From: Fimbriimonadales bacterium
GTDB taxonomy: Bacteria; Armatimonadota; Fimbriimonadia; Fimbriimonadales; ATM1
DNA length: 64,000 nt
NCBI GenBank assembly: GCA_051003155.1
Contig: JBPCLO010000011.1
Coordinates: forward strand, 32,001 to 96,000
Direction: 5' to 3'
Below the pieces are notes generated by a model that had not been told where the DNA came from, searched no databases, and saw nothing but the letters and a program-made list of their open reading frames with translations. A program made the position numbers and the translations under genes. Shown here one piece after another: positions 26,763-36,852 of the stretch. Numbering within the stretch: position 1 is the stretch's first letter; each line of letters opens with the position of its first letter.

Positions 26763-27140
26763 CTAACATTCCTCCGGGAGTCCCCGCTCTTGCCAGCCGC
26801 GCCAACCTTCGCACAGGCTGACGGCATCCGCGAATCCCATCTCCTTGAGCACCTTCGCGGCGAGGAGGCTGCGGATGCCGCCGCCGCAGTAGCAGATGAA
26901 CCTCTGGTTTCGGTCTTGGAGCCGCTGGTCTCGCTTGTGGTGATCGAGGTCGGCCCTCACCTCCAGGACGCCGCGCGGGATCAGCATCGCTCCCGGGATG
27001 TGGCCCTCGTCGTACTCGTCCTCTTCACGGACATCGAGGAGCACCCACCCGGTGTCCGCCATCGGGCCGGCCTCCTCGGGCAAGATCTCGCGCACGGTTT
27101 CTTTCGCTTCGTCTGCGTAATCGTTCAGGCTCTTTGGCAT
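26763..27140 (-). CDS. Rhodanese-like sulfurtransferase
   Basis: LLDVREEDEY..GHIPGA, YCGGGIRS. Confidence 0.92.
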   Translation of the reverse strand: MPKSLNDYADEAKETVREILPEEAGPMADTGWVLLDVREEDEYDEGHIPGAMLIPRGVLEVRADLDHHKRDQRLQDRNQRFICYCGGGIRSLLAAKVLKEMGFADAVSLCEGWRGWQERGLPEEC

Positions 27141-27173
27141 GCTGCCATTATGCCCGGGTGAATCGGACCTATT

Positions 27174-28808
27174 CTAGCCTCCCGGAAGGCACATGCAGGA
27201 CGAGGTGATCTCGATATCTGCGTCGGCCCACAGGGTGTCGAACTTCGCCTTGACACGACGGGCTTCTGCGGTCTTGCTGCGAGCTTCGAGAGTCTTGATA
27301 AGACCGTAGAGGGCCCAGCCGTCATTCGGCAACCGCCGCAAATCCTCGCGGTACACCTCTTCCGCTTCGTCATAGCGCATGGACTTGAGAAGCACGGCGC
27401 CCAGGGTGTGCCTCGTGGGCACGATCCAGTCGGGCGGCTCGGAGTAGCGAAGGTCGTCTTCGGCGGCGACGGCCAGCCGAAGCTCGGCGCACGCGTCGTC
27501 CCAACGGTCCTCAGCCATGAGTATCTCGCCGTTCATCAGGTGCGCGGCGACCTTCATGATCTTGTCGGCGCTGTTGTTTCCCACGAACCCTTGCGCCGGA
27601 ACCTTCTTGCGAGCGGCGTAGAAAAGGGACTGTTCGGCTCGCGCGCCCTTGGCGTCGCTTTTTGCAGCGAAAGCCACGGATCTCCCGGCTCGACGCATGG
27701 CGCGAGCGACGGGGAAGTAGTCCGGAAGCTCGGGCGTTGCCAAGACTTCGTCCCACTTGCCAAACCGCTTGCGCACCTCGATGGGCATCGCCATGAATCC
27801 GTCGATGAACGGGGCATTTTCGCGTGCCCAGTCTTCGGGGACGTTCGCGACGAGATCGTCGATGGCTCGGATCGCCTTCTCGCTCTGGCCCAGCATCATC
27901 GCCGCCAGCGAAAGCATATGATGGTTGTGCGCCATGTAGACGCGGTAGAGCCCTAACCGGGGCCGGATGGCCCGATACGCGTTGTCTGCTTCGATCGCGC
28001 GCTCGTTCGAGAGAATAGCCTTACCCCATTGCCCGGTTCGCACGTCGATGTGCGAGGGCATGTGGCTCATGTGCCCGGAGCTCGGCTGTAGCCGGCGGAG
28101 ATTGTCTGCAGCCGGCACCGCTCGATCCGGCGTCAGAGACGCCTCGACAGCATGAATATAGAAATGAACCGCACCAGGATGCTTCGGATCGAGCTTGAGA
28201 ACGGCTTCGAGGGTTCGAACGACTTCAGGCGTTCCGGGCTGCGGCGTTCCGTCCGGCTTCCAAAGGTCCCAGGGGCGCAGGTCCATCATGGATTCGGCGA
28301 AAATTGTTCCAACGTCTGTATCGCGCGGGTGTGATTTCCACACCGCCCGCATCGCGCCTGCAAATGCGCGGTCTAGAGGGCTGCGGTCATCGGGCTGAGG
28401 GTACACATAACGCTTGAGCGCCGCGTCGATTAGCGCGCGCTCAACGCGGCCGGCTCTTGCCGAGAGCGCCTTGGCCTTACGGATTGCCAAGGAAGCTGCT
28501 TTCGCGCCATCCGGCGGAAGAATCGGGTAGTTGATATGAGGGCCGTGAGCCATCGCCACGCCCCACCAGGCCATCGGCGACTTGGGGTCGAGCTGTGCGG
28601 CTTCGGTGAACGAGCGCAGCGCCTCGCCGTGGTTGAAACCATAGAGGAGCCTGAGGCCCTGATCGAAGTACTTCTGGGCTTCGGCCGAGGTTGTCGTGAT
28701 CTTGCGGCTGTGCCTGCCGAGGCCATCGAAAAGCCGTGGCTGATCCGACTGGATCGCGGGGACGCCAAGCTGAATCAAAACCGGTATCGCTAGGGCGATT
28801 GCCGTCAT
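27174..28808 (-). CDS. Secreted TPR-repeat protein
   Basis: AQKYFDQGL..YGFNHGEA, HPGAVHFYIH, GHMSHMPSHI, EPPDW, TSSCMC. Confidence 0.85.
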   Translation of the reverse strand: MTAIALAIPVLIQLGVPAIQSDQPRLFDGLGRHSRKITTTSAEAQKYFDQGLRLLYGFNHGEALRSFTEAAQLDPKSPMAWWGVAMAHGPHINYPILPPDGAKAASLAIRKAKALSARAGRVERALIDAALKRYVYPQPDDRSPLDRAFAGAMRAVWKSHPRDTDVGTIFAESMMDLRPWDLWKPDGTPQPGTPEVVRTLEAVLKLDPKHPGAVHFYIHAVEASLTPDRAVPAADNLRRLQPSSGHMSHMPSHIDVRTGQWGKAILSNERAIEADNAYRAIRPRLGLYRVYMAHNHHMLSLAAMMLGQSEKAIRAIDDLVANVPEDWARENAPFIDGFMAMPIEVRKRFGKWDEVLATPELPDYFPVARAMRRAGRSVAFAAKSDAKGARAEQSLFYAARKKVPAQGFVGNNSADKIMKVAAHLMNGEILMAEDRWDDACAELRLAVAAEDDLRYSEPPDWIVPTRHTLGAVLLKSMRYDEAEEVYREDLRRLPNDGWALYGLIKTLEARSKTAEARRVKAKFDTLWADADIEITSSCMCLPGG

Positions 28809-28955
28809 CGTAATACCTCCCAGAGGCGGGAGCCTCTGCGCGAGTGCCCCCGCTCGCTATCTTTATTATACAACCCTATTAGAAGCGGTGCCACGTCGCC
28901 AGCTTCGATGTAACCGTTCTCACACACATTCGTCTGTCGCGTGGGAGGCACACTT

Positions 28956-30536
28956 ATGTTTGTTCATGCGCTCATTGCGGCCGCTATCGCTCAGTCGCCG
29001 ACATCACTCGAACCCAAAATCGTCTCGGCGATCGTTCTCAAGTCCGGCATCACGTTGCTTGTACGCGAGGCGCCGATTCCTCGGGGTAAAGGCGACTTCC
29101 GGGTCGAAGACATCCCTGCCGCATATGACGGCACATTCTGGTATGGGGCCGACAATGCACGGGTTCGCGACGTCACGACGACTTTGCGCTTCATCAAGAA
29201 GCACGTTACTCGCAAGGCCCAAAACTACAACGACCTGCTCATGGCGAACATCGGCAAGCCGGTGCGCCTGAAGATCCAGCGTGCAGCCGGTGAAGACGAA
29301 TGGGTCGACGGAATCATCGAGGACGCAGGATCGGCCATCGGCATTCGCAAGGGTGATTTGGTGCGTTTTATCCAGTTCCAGACTATTCTCGAACTGGATA
29401 CTTCGACCTTGCATAACAAGGAAATCTCGGCGGATGTCGATTGGCCAGTTCAAGACGTTCGCTTCACAGCGGACGCGAATAAAGCAACGAACATTCGGTT
29501 CATGTCGCTGGAAACGGGCGCGGTGTGGGCAGGGAGCTATTTGGTGGACATTGCCGGGGAGCGCGCCGAAGTGGACGGCAAAGCACAATTGGCTCTCGGC
29601 GGACTGCGGTTCGACAACGTGGCCGTCCAGCTTCTTGCCGGTGAGCCGAAAATGCAGGCTAGCTGGAAGTTTGACCTTGCTTCGGGCATCGGGTCGGTGC
29701 AAGGGTATGTGTCTGGACACCAGCCACGCCATGGCGAACTGCGCAAGGGCGAGCGTGATCCTTATGAGAGGCTCGACGAAGTGTTTCGGGCCGCGGCCAC
29801 CGCGCTTCAATCACGCAACTTCGGCTATGGCGGGGGTTTTGGCGGTGGCGGTTTCGGGGGCGGCGGAGATCCCGGTGTTCGCGAGATAGAACGGTTCACA
29901 CCCGACCGCTCAAACACACAAACACCCGCCGACCCTGCCGAAGACGTGTTCCTCTACGATCTGGGCAGGATCACCTTGCAGCCGGGGGACCGGCTGACGA
30001 GGCCGCTCGTGAACATGGCAATTCCATACGAACTGGTGCACACCTATGAACAGTCTAGCAATCCCAAGGGCGTTCAGAAATCGCTGCGCCTCCGCAACGA
30101 TTCGAATGTGCCTCTGACTCCTGGGACGTGTCTGGTCTTGAAGGACGGCAAGCTGTTAGCCAACACGACGATGCCGTTCGCCGCCAAATCGCAGAAGGCG
30201 AATATCGACCTCGGTGGTGTCCTCGACGTTAAGGTGTTCAGTACAGGTGGAACCGTAAAGCGCGAACAAGTCAAAGACACCAAACCGCCTCGATACCTAC
30301 TCACAGACCGCAAGACGTTCTTCGTTGAGAATCCGCGAGAAGAAGCTATAGATTTCGAGCTGACAACTGAGGTCGACGGCCGCGTCGTCGACGACGGTGG
30401 CGGCACGATCACGGACGCCAACCCCTACTTTGCGCGCAGCCCGGTCAGTCGATATCGCGTTCAATGGAGGTTCAAGGTTCCTCCGCGCTCACACAAGAAG
30501 GTCGAAGTGCTCTACACGTACACGACTTACAACTAA
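28956..30536 (+). CDS. Secreted DUF4139/DUF4140-like protein
   Basis: GGAGG RBS, signal peptide, WAGSY.VD, VFLYDL..ITL, LRLRN...PLTPG, C-terminal WRFKVPP...VLYTY. Confidence 0.7.
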   Translation: MFVHALIAAAIAQSPTSLEPKIVSAIVLKSGITLLVREAPIPRGKGDFRVEDIPAAYDGTFWYGADNARVRDVTTTLRFIKKHVTRKAQNYNDLLMANIGKPVRLKIQRAAGEDEWVDGIIEDAGSAIGIRKGDLVRFIQFQTILELDTSTLHNKEISADVDWPVQDVRFTADANKATNIRFMSLETGAVWAGSYLVDIAGERAEVDGKAQLALGGLRFDNVAVQLLAGEPKMQASWKFDLASGIGSVQGYVSGHQPRHGELRKGERDPYERLDEVFRAAATALQSRNFGYGGGFGGGGFGGGGDPGVREIERFTPDRSNTQTPADPAEDVFLYDLGRITLQPGDRLTRPLVNMAIPYELVHTYEQSSNPKGVQKSLRLRNDSNVPLTPGTCLVLKDGKLLANTTMPFAAKSQKANIDLGGVLDVKVFSTGGTVKREQVKDTKPPRYLLTDRKTFFVENPREEAIDFELTTEVDGRVVDDGGGTITDANPYFARSPVSRYRVQWRFKVPPRSHKKVEVLYTYTTYN

Positions 30537-30607
30537 GACTAGAGGAGTATTGGAGGGCGACGCTTTGGCGCTATGAATGTGCGTGATGCTACACGAAGGC
30601 TCGTCGC

Positions 30608-32197
30608 CTACTCCACCCGCGTATAGTTGACGAGCTCTCGGTCGATGCTCACCGTCCAGGGATATGAGAAAATCGGCCCGTCAGCCTTATATTCGACTTT
30701 AACTCTGATCTCGCGTTGCGGGCCCACGTGTTGAACCGGGTTTGGAACTGAGATCGTCGCATAACGGTCCGGTGATCCTCCAGTCGGCAAACCTGAAACG
30801 CTTTCGATAAGTGTCCAACTGGCTGTCGAGAAGTTGTATACCGAAACATTCTGTCGAATCGCGGCCGAGGTCGCCCGGGATTCGACCACGACGGACATAG
30901 ATGCAGGATTCTCTGCAGGCGCAAGGTGATTGAGCGTGAACGAAATAGGCGCTTGCTGATTAGAGAAGACGGCGCCCGGCCTTATCCTCCAGTATCCATC
31001 GGAGCTGTTGTGCAGAGCATAGTGGCTATGTTCCGTCGTAACTCCACGATTCAGCGTGGCGGCAGTGTGTTCGATGCCACCGTTATAAAACGCCACAGTG
31101 TAGCTTGAAAACTTCGTCACGTAGGCAATAGCCATATTGCCCGACCCGTCGATGTCGAATGCCGCATAATGGTCGCCCGGCCCTATCGTCTGGCTATACC
31201 AAGTGTTCCCGTTCTGAGCGCGATACTTGCCCATAACGACGTCGAAGTAACCGCCGCCGCCGATGACCCCGCCGAGTGTGTCGAATCGAGCGCCGAACGC
31301 TGGTCGATACAAGTCCCCCGGGCCGCTAGCCCCGAACTTATTCCATAGAACAGTGCCGTCTGCGGCGAGCTTCGCCATTCGGGTCACGCCCTGAGCGTAC
31401 ACAGCATATGATAGCAGGGCCTCGCCCTTGAACACCGAAACATACACGATTTTATTGCCCAACGCACCCGTGAAAATGGTTTGACCGCTCGGGTCGAGTT
31501 TGGCGTACTGGCCGGAGTTGTTGCCGATAAACAGATTGTCTGCCTCGTCTATCGCTACCCCTACCCCGCCATTGTATGTTGGACCGGCAATCGGTATCTG
31601 GGTGTGTTGCAATTCCGTGCCGTCGGGCGCGAACACGTATCGGTTGGTTCCAACCACCAACACGCACCGATTGGCGCTGTCTACGACCGGATGCGCTACC
31701 TGGTTGTTTGTGAATGTCTTTTGCCAGACCACGTCGCCGGTGATTCCACTTACCTTGGCAAGCCGGTTTTTGTAGCCGAAGTACACGTCGCCAACCCGGT
31801 CCTCAGCATAAACAAGTTCGAAGTTGTCAGTAAAACCCCACCGCCATTCGGGCGCTCCCGATGGTGAGACTTTCCATACGATAACCTCGCCTCCGCCCCC
31901 TTTTTGGGAATAATTGCTTTGGGCAAGCACACCTCCCTCGCGTGTTGCTTTGAGCCCTACCGGATAGCCGTTCCCGACAGAGCGGCTCCAGGCTAAGGCA
32001 CCCGTCGCGTCGTATTTGTCGATGCGAGGGTCACCGCTATCGTAGTGATCCACCTGAACGTAAACCTCGCGCTGGGGAGACAGGGCTAGGCCGATCCCTT
32101 CCAAAAACAAATCAGTCTGGGTTACGCTCCACAGCGGGACTTCCGCCAAACCAACTGAACATACTAGGCCGGCGATGCACACTGACAATCGTTTCAT
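30608..32197 (-). CDS. Secreted beta-propeller (PQQ/SBBP-like repeats) protein with conserved C-terminal domain
   Basis: Signal peptide; repeated K(Y/L)D.xG...W blades; RPGAVFSN...GPIFSYPW..ID C-terminus shared with 2762-4171. Confidence 0.8.
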   Translation of the reverse strand: MKRLSVCIAGLVCSVGLAEVPLWSVTQTDLFLEGIGLALSPQREVYVQVDHYDSGDPRIDKYDATGALAWSRSVGNGYPVGLKATREGGVLAQSNYSQKGGGGEVIVWKVSPSGAPEWRWGFTDNFELVYAEDRVGDVYFGYKNRLAKVSGITGDVVWQKTFTNNQVAHPVVDSANRCVLVVGTNRYVFAPDGTELQHTQIPIAGPTYNGGVGVAIDEADNLFIGNNSGQYAKLDPSGQTIFTGALGNKIVYVSVFKGEALLSYAVYAQGVTRMAKLAADGTVLWNKFGASGPGDLYRPAFGARFDTLGGVIGGGGYFDVVMGKYRAQNGNTWYSQTIGPGDHYAAFDIDGSGNMAIAYVTKFSSYTVAFYNGGIEHTAATLNRGVTTEHSHYALHNSSDGYWRIRPGAVFSNQQAPISFTLNHLAPAENPASMSVVVESRATSAAIRQNVSVYNFSTASWTLIESVSGLPTGGSPDRYATISVPNPVQHVGPQREIRVKVEYKADGPIFSYPWTVSIDRELVNYTRVE

Positions 32198-32344
32198 TTC
32201 AGATCTCCTAGCGAAGCGACTCGCGTTCTTGTCAATTGATTATGTCATGCTTATGCGCGCGGGCTACATCTGGAGCGTTAAGGCAGCCAATGCTCGCTTG
32301 GCGATAACGATTTGGCTAGCTAAGGCGTGGCCCTCCAGGTTGTC

Positions 32345-33067
32345 CTAAACGCCAACGGCTTTGGCTGCCACGACTGGGTCGACTCGGAAGCCGGGGCCCA
32401 TCGTGCTGCTGAGCGTCACTCCAGTGATGTAGCGTCCCTTGGCGGTCGTCGGCTTGGCCTTGACCAGAGCGCTAACCGCAGCCAAGAAGTTCTCCATCAG
32501 CTGGTCTTCGGTGAAGTTCGCCTTACCGATCGGCATGTGGACGATTCCGGCTTTGTCGGTCCGGTACTCGATGCGGATCGCCTTCTTGATCTCTTCGACA
32601 GCTGTCTTGACGTCGTCGGTCAACGTTCCGCTCTTCTTGTTGGGGGTCTTCGGGCCGAGGACCTTGCCGATCTTGGCCATGGTCGGCGCCATTTCAGGTG
32701 TTGCGATCAGGACATCGAAGTCCTTATATCCCCCGGCGATCTTCGTGACCAGTTCGTCGCTTCCGACCTCATCGGCGCCGGCGGCTTCGGCCTGCTTTAG
32801 CGCATCCCCTTTTGCGAGGACCGCAACGCGACGGTTCTTGCCGGTACCGTGAGGCAGGGAGGTGATCCCGCGAACGTTCTGGTCGCTCTGCCTCGGATCG
32901 ATGCCCAGGCGAACGGCTAGTTCCACCGTTTCAGGGAACTTGGCAGTAGCGGTTTTCTTGACGAGCCCTATGGCTTCTGCAGGCTCGTGAAGCGTCAGGC
33001 GGTCACCCGTTGCACGGGCCTCGGTGTATCGCTTGCTGTGCGACACGGTTCGTACGATTTTTCTCAT
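32345..33067 (-). CDS. rplA: 50S ribosomal protein L1
   Basis: [49 protein letters not shown]. Confidence 0.97.
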   Translation of the reverse strand: MRKIVRTVSHSKRYTEARATGDRLTLHEPAEAIGLVKKTATAKFPETVELAVRLGIDPRQSDQNVRGITSLPHGTGKNRRVAVLAKGDALKQAEAAGADEVGSDELVTKIAGGYKDFDVLIATPEMAPTMAKIGKVLGPKTPNKKSGTLTDDVKTAVEEIKKAIRIEYRTDKAGIVHMPIGKANFTEDQLMENFLAAVSALVKAKPTTAKGRYITGVTLSSTMGPGFRVDPVVAAKAVGV

Positions 33068-33079
33068 GTTTTTCTCCTT

Positions 33080-33112
33080 GTGGTCCGCGGTGCCGCTAAC
33101 GGCGCCTCCCAC
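33080..33112 (-). promoter_or_regulatory. L1 autoregulatory mRNA leader
   Basis: GTGGGAGG-hairpin-ACCGC..ACCAC immediately before the AAGGAG RBS of rplA. Confidence 0.65.
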
Positions 33113-33120
33113 CTAAACTC

Positions 33121-33155
33121 GACTGCCGACTGCCGACTGCCGACGAGGGCGAACC
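33121..33155 (+). repeat. (GACTGCC)3 array plus GAGGGCGAACC, 3' flank of the four-helix-bundle gene
   Basis: Directly visible. Confidence 0.85.
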
Positions 33156-33175
33156 GGAAGGAGACAGTGTGACGA

Positions 33176-33553
33176 CTATTGGGTTGTTGCGTAAATCGCG
33201 TTCTCCTCGCGAACGGACGGAATGAGTTTGCTCAACATCCTGGAAATGCGTTCAATCAGTTCATCAGTTCCCCTTGTGTCGATGCCATAGAGATCTTTGC
33301 ATAAATATAACTGCGTGTCCAGTTCCGAAAGGGAACCTAGCGCCATGCGGGAAAACTGACGAATCTCCTGCGCGGAGCCTCGACCCTGACCCTCAGCGAT
33401 ATTCGACGGAATTGAAACGGCGCAACGCCTCAATTGTTGGCCGAGCGCGTACTTCTCCTCGTCTGGAAGCTCCGAAATCACACCGTACGTCACCTTGACG
33501 AGTTCGATCGAAACTTTCCAAACGTCGAGTTCGCGATAGTTTCGATAAGACAT
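33176..33553 (-). CDS. Four helix bundle protein (23S rRNA IVP/TIGR02436-like)
   Basis: YRELDVWK, LPDEEKYALGQQLRRCAVSIPSNIAEGQGR, ALGSLSELDTQL. Confidence 0.93.
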   Translation of the reverse strand: MSYRNYRELDVWKVSIELVKVTYGVISELPDEEKYALGQQLRRCAVSIPSNIAEGQGRGSAQEIRQFSRMALGSLSELDTQLYLCKDLYGIDTRGTDELIERISRMLSKLIPSVREENAIYATTQ

Positions 33554-33570
33554 TAGAGTGTTCTCCCTTC

Positions 33571-33605
33571 GGCAGTCCGCAGTCCGCAGTCGCCAGTCGT
33601 CAGTC
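33571..33605 (-). repeat. Five GACTGNN heptamers, 5' flank of the four-helix-bundle gene
   Basis: Minus strand GACTGAC GACTGGC GACTGCG GACTGCG GACTGCC; first unit includes the rplK stop; inverted relative to 33121-33141. Confidence 0.85.
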
Positions 33606-34025
33606 GACTATCTCGATGCCCATGCTCCGGGCAGTGCCGGCCATTACGCGCATCGCTTGTTCGATGTCCTTCGTGTTCAGATCATCCATCTTGGCCTTGG
33701 CCACTTCTGCGAGCTGGGCTTTGGTAAGGCTGCCCACTTTTTCTTTCAGCGGGTTCCCGCTGCCCTTCTCGACGCCGGCGGCCTTGCGGATGAGGTCGCT
33801 CGCCAAGGGCGACTTCACGATGAAGCTGTACGAACGGTCCTCGTAGACGCTGATAGCGACGGGCAGCGTGCTACCGATTTTGTCCATCGTCATCTCGTTG
33901 AACTTCTTGATGAACTCCATCATGTTGATGCCGGCCTGGCCCAGCGCCGGGCCGATCGGGGGCGCAGGCGTCGCCTTGCCTGCAGGGATGTTCAGTTTGA
34001 TATTGTTCGTGACCTTCTTTGCCAT
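33600..34025 (-). CDS. rplK: 50S ribosomal protein L11
   Basis: [34 protein letters not shown]. Confidence 0.98.
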   Translation of the reverse strand: MAKKVTNNIKLNIPAGKATPAPPIGPALGQAGINMMEFIKKFNEMTMDKIGSTLPVAISVYEDRSYSFIVKSPLASDLIRKAAGVEKGSGNPLKEKVGSLTKAQLAEVAKAKMDDLNTKDIEQAMRVMAGTARSMGIEIVD

Positions 34026-34034
34026 TTCTCTTGC

Positions 34035-34562
34035 CTATGCCTTTTCAACGTGCTGAAAATCTAACTCGACCGGTGTGTCGCGGCCGAAAATCGTGATGAG
34101 CACTTTCACCTTCTCGCGTTCGGGGATAACCTCTTCGACCTTCCCGGTGAAGTCCATGAACGGGCCTTCGGCGACTCGCACCAGGTCGCCACGAGTCCAA
34201 ACGACCTTGGGCTTGTCCATGCTCTCGTCGAGGCGTTGCTGGATTCCGCGAATCTCGCCGTCCGTCATTGGGACCGGGCGGTTGCCGCTGCTCACAAAGC
34301 CGGTGACGCCGCTCGTCGTCTTTATGAGGCGTTGCGTTTCTTCCGTCAGCGTCATCCTGACTAGGATGTAGCCGGGGAAGACCTTGCGCATGATCGTGCG
34401 GCGCTTGCCTTCGCGGTTCTGCACGGACTGCTCCGTGGGGATCAAGACCTCGAAGATCTCGCGATCCCACAGGCCTTCGACCATCGCCCTGCGCTGAAGG
34501 ATCGAGGAGACCTTGTTTTCGTGTCCGGAGATCGTGTGGACGGCGTACCAATTGCTCAGCAT
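34035..34562 (-). CDS. nusG: Transcription termination/antitermination factor NusG
   Basis: WYAVHTISGHENKV, FPGYILV, GVTGFV, KOW GPFMDFTG, IFGRDTPVEL. Confidence 0.97.
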   Translation of the reverse strand: MLSNWYAVHTISGHENKVSSILQRRAMVEGLWDREIFEVLIPTEQSVQNREGKRRTIMRKVFPGYILVRMTLTEETQRLIKTTSGVTGFVSSGNRPVPMTDGEIRGIQQRLDESMDKPKVVWTRGDLVRVAEGPFMDFTGKVEEVIPEREKVKVLITIFGRDTPVELDFQHVEKA

Positions 34563-34565
34563 CCG

Positions 34566-34817
34566 CTAAACCTTTCCCTGCTCCATCAGGCGGATGATGA
34601 GGGAGACGAGTTCGCCGGCGATGTAAAGGTACAAAACGAACAAGACGCAGACGAAAAGCACCGCGGTGGTGAGCCGCAGGGTTTCGGCTTTGGTTGGCCA
34701 GATCACGCGGCGCATCTCGATACCGACTTCCTTGAAGAAGTGGCCTACGCCTTTCTTCATGCTCGGTACCGGAACGCGCCCGCCTGGGCCTAAAGAGTCG
34801 TTTGGTTTGCTCGCCAT
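34566..34817 (-). CDS. secE: Preprotein translocase subunit SecE
   Basis: FFKEVGIEMRRVIWPT plus TM helix; upstream of nusG. Confidence 0.92.
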   Translation of the reverse strand: MASKPNDSLGPGGRVPVPSMKKGVGHFFKEVGIEMRRVIWPTKAETLRLTTAVLFVCVLFVLYLYIAGELVSLIIRLMEQGKV

Positions 34818-34942
34818 TTGTCGAGGTACTCATGTTCCCGGGCTGTCGCCAAAAGGGGGAACGCCCCAAATGATACTCTTTGTGCGACTTTCAGCGCAAG
34901 TGCTACGTCTGGCCGCGTTCACGCGGAAGCGCGACAATACAC

Positions 34943-36406
34943 CTATGCAGGTACCAGGATATCCTCGAGAGCAGTAACGTCGCGCCGGTGGGGGCGGCTC
35001 AGGGCAAGCAAAGCGAGGTATGCAACGCACGAGACGACCCAGGAGATCGGCTGTGTTTCCACGGCTGCCCATGGCATTCCGCCCAGAACACCGTTTACCC
35101 AATCAATCCAGCCTGCGAACGGGCCGGTTATGAGCAGGTCGAACCCGCGGCCCAACTCTTGGGATATCGAGTCAGCCAGCTGGCCAAGGACAGTTCCCAA
35201 GTAGATCATCGGTACTGCGAGCGCGGTGAGGACGTTGGCCACCGGCGCGACAAGAGAGAACGATCCGAAATGAGCGGCGGTGAGCGGCGCGCTTACGATC
35301 TGGGCGACGAGGCTCGTAATGAAGACCGCTGCCACTGCCTGGAGAACGAATCTCCACCCTGGGGATGGCACGCTCTTGTCGATGGCTTTGCGCGTCCTTT
35401 CGAACGCCGGCGGGACGAACAGCGCTAAACCCAGCACCGTTACAAAGCTTAGTTGGAAACCCGCGTCGAACAGTGAACCTGGTTCGAGCAGCAGGTAAAC
35501 GATCGCCGCTAGTCCCAGCGTTGATAGCACGTCCGACGAGCGGTGGAACAGGAACGCCCCGAGGTAGATAACCGCCATGACCGTCGCCCTCATGACCGGC
35601 GGCCTGCCACCTACTGCGTCGGCATAGGCAAGCAAGAGCGCGAGCGCTACACCAATCTGCAGTCCTCGCGATATCGGGAGGTGCGACAACAGGAACATAA
35701 GCGCGCCTGCGAGGAGCAGAACGTTGAAGCCGCTCGTCGCGAGGAGATGAAGCGTTCCTGACCGCCGCATGTTCTCGGCGACTTCGCGATCTACGAGGTC
35801 TTGCTGCCCAGCCACAATGCCCATCGCCATCGCAGCGTGGCGCTCGGGAAGATTGCGCTTGAGGCGCGACCACATGTCCGTTCGCCACGCCGATCCCCAG
35901 TTCGCGGGACCCGCGCCAGGAGCGAGCACCTCTAAGCCGCCATCCCAGATCACGCTCATTCTCTGGTGGATGCCGCGGCGTGCCCAATAAACCGCCGACC
36001 GCTCACCGATATTCGCGATCTTTCCCTTCACTCGAACCCAGTCGCCAGCCATAAGGAGCCTTTGCGGCCGCTCGTACAGGAGCAAGTTGCGGTCCCCAAT
36101 ATCGAGGATGGCCCGTTGGTACTTCTGCGCCAGGTTCGGCGTCGAGACGATTCTTCCGACGACCGTTTGCTCGACAGTCGGTAACGGCGGCTGCGGGTCA
36201 GAAGTAAACGCGGTGCGCAGAAAGCCGATCGCAAAGAGTGCCGCACCCAAGAGCAGCCACCTTCGCGCGATGAACGCTGCGGGCGCAAGAAGCAAAATGG
36301 CGAGCGGGAACATCGGCGCGACTAGCCCGACAATCAAGAACGACACAGTAGCGAGGAGAGGCCTTCCCGTGATATGCCGGTACCGGCGCTCGAAATCGAC
36401 CGACAT
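34943..36406 (-). CDS. comEC: ComEC/Rec2 competence protein (no C-terminal MBL domain)
   Basis: GTLHLLATSGFNV, VMRATVM, DAGFQLSF, NVLT. Confidence 0.88.
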   Translation of the reverse strand: MSVDFERRYRHITGRPLLATVSFLIVGLVAPMFPLAILLLAPAAFIARRWLLLGAALFAIGFLRTAFTSDPQPPLPTVEQTVVGRIVSTPNLAQKYQRAILDIGDRNLLLYERPQRLLMAGDWVRVKGKIANIGERSAVYWARRGIHQRMSVIWDGGLEVLAPGAGPANWGSAWRTDMWSRLKRNLPERHAAMAMGIVAGQQDLVDREVAENMRRSGTLHLLATSGFNVLLLAGALMFLLSHLPISRGLQIGVALALLLAYADAVGGRPPVMRATVMAVIYLGAFLFHRSSDVLSTLGLAAIVYLLLEPGSLFDAGFQLSFVTVLGLALFVPPAFERTRKAIDKSVPSPGWRFVLQAVAAVFITSLVAQIVSAPLTAAHFGSFSLVAPVANVLTALAVPMIYLGTVLGQLADSISQELGRGFDLLITGPFAGWIDWVNGVLGGMPWAAVETQPISWVVSCVAYLALLALSRPHRRDVTALEDILVPA

Positions 36407-36411
36407 GAGGG

Positions 36412-36852
36412 CTACCGTTTCTTGCTTTTCGACATGGCCTTCAGCTTGCCGAGGGACTGCTTGGCTATCTCGAGCTCCGGCGTACTGACTTCCAAATCGA
36501 GCGGTTCGGCCTCTGTAGGCGTAGGTTCAGGCGTTTCGTGAAGCATCTTCTTGACCGGGCGATTGCCGAATCGAACGTCTTTGAACAAGGCCGTTCCTGC
36601 CAACACATTCAAGCGATCCAGGATCTCGCGCTTCCTCATTGTGAGCTCCTGCACCCAAGAGGCACCCGATACGGCTACCCACAGTGTGCCGTTCTCGAAG
36701 CGTTCAGGCGAACTTTTGCACGCCAATTGCGCCCCCACGCACTCCTCCCACCGGCGGCTTGTGACCTGAGCATGCAGGCGACGGATGACCTCGGGACGCG
36801 CGATGGCCTCCGGCAACAGATCCGAGAGCAAATGGAGCTCCGCCTTTCTCAT
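36412..36852 (-). CDS. DUF721/DciA family protein
   Basis: WEECVG..LA..SSPERFENGTLWVAV..ASWVQEL..ILDRLN; directly downstream of recF. Confidence 0.85.
   Translation of the reverse strand: MRKAELHLLSDLLPEAIARPEVIRRLHAQVTSRRWEECVGAQLACKSSPERFENGTLWVAVSGASWVQELTMRKREILDRLNVLAGTALFKDVRFGNRPVKKMLHETPEPTPTEAEPLDLEVSTPELEIAKQSLGKLKAMSKSKKR

Noticed and set aside
33121..33605. CRISPR-like array
   Set aside because: Units are 7-nt tandem repeats without spacers; no cas genes seen
34818..34942. Expected tRNA-Trp or rpmG upstream of secE
   Set aside because: No tRNA fold or L33-like ORF visible
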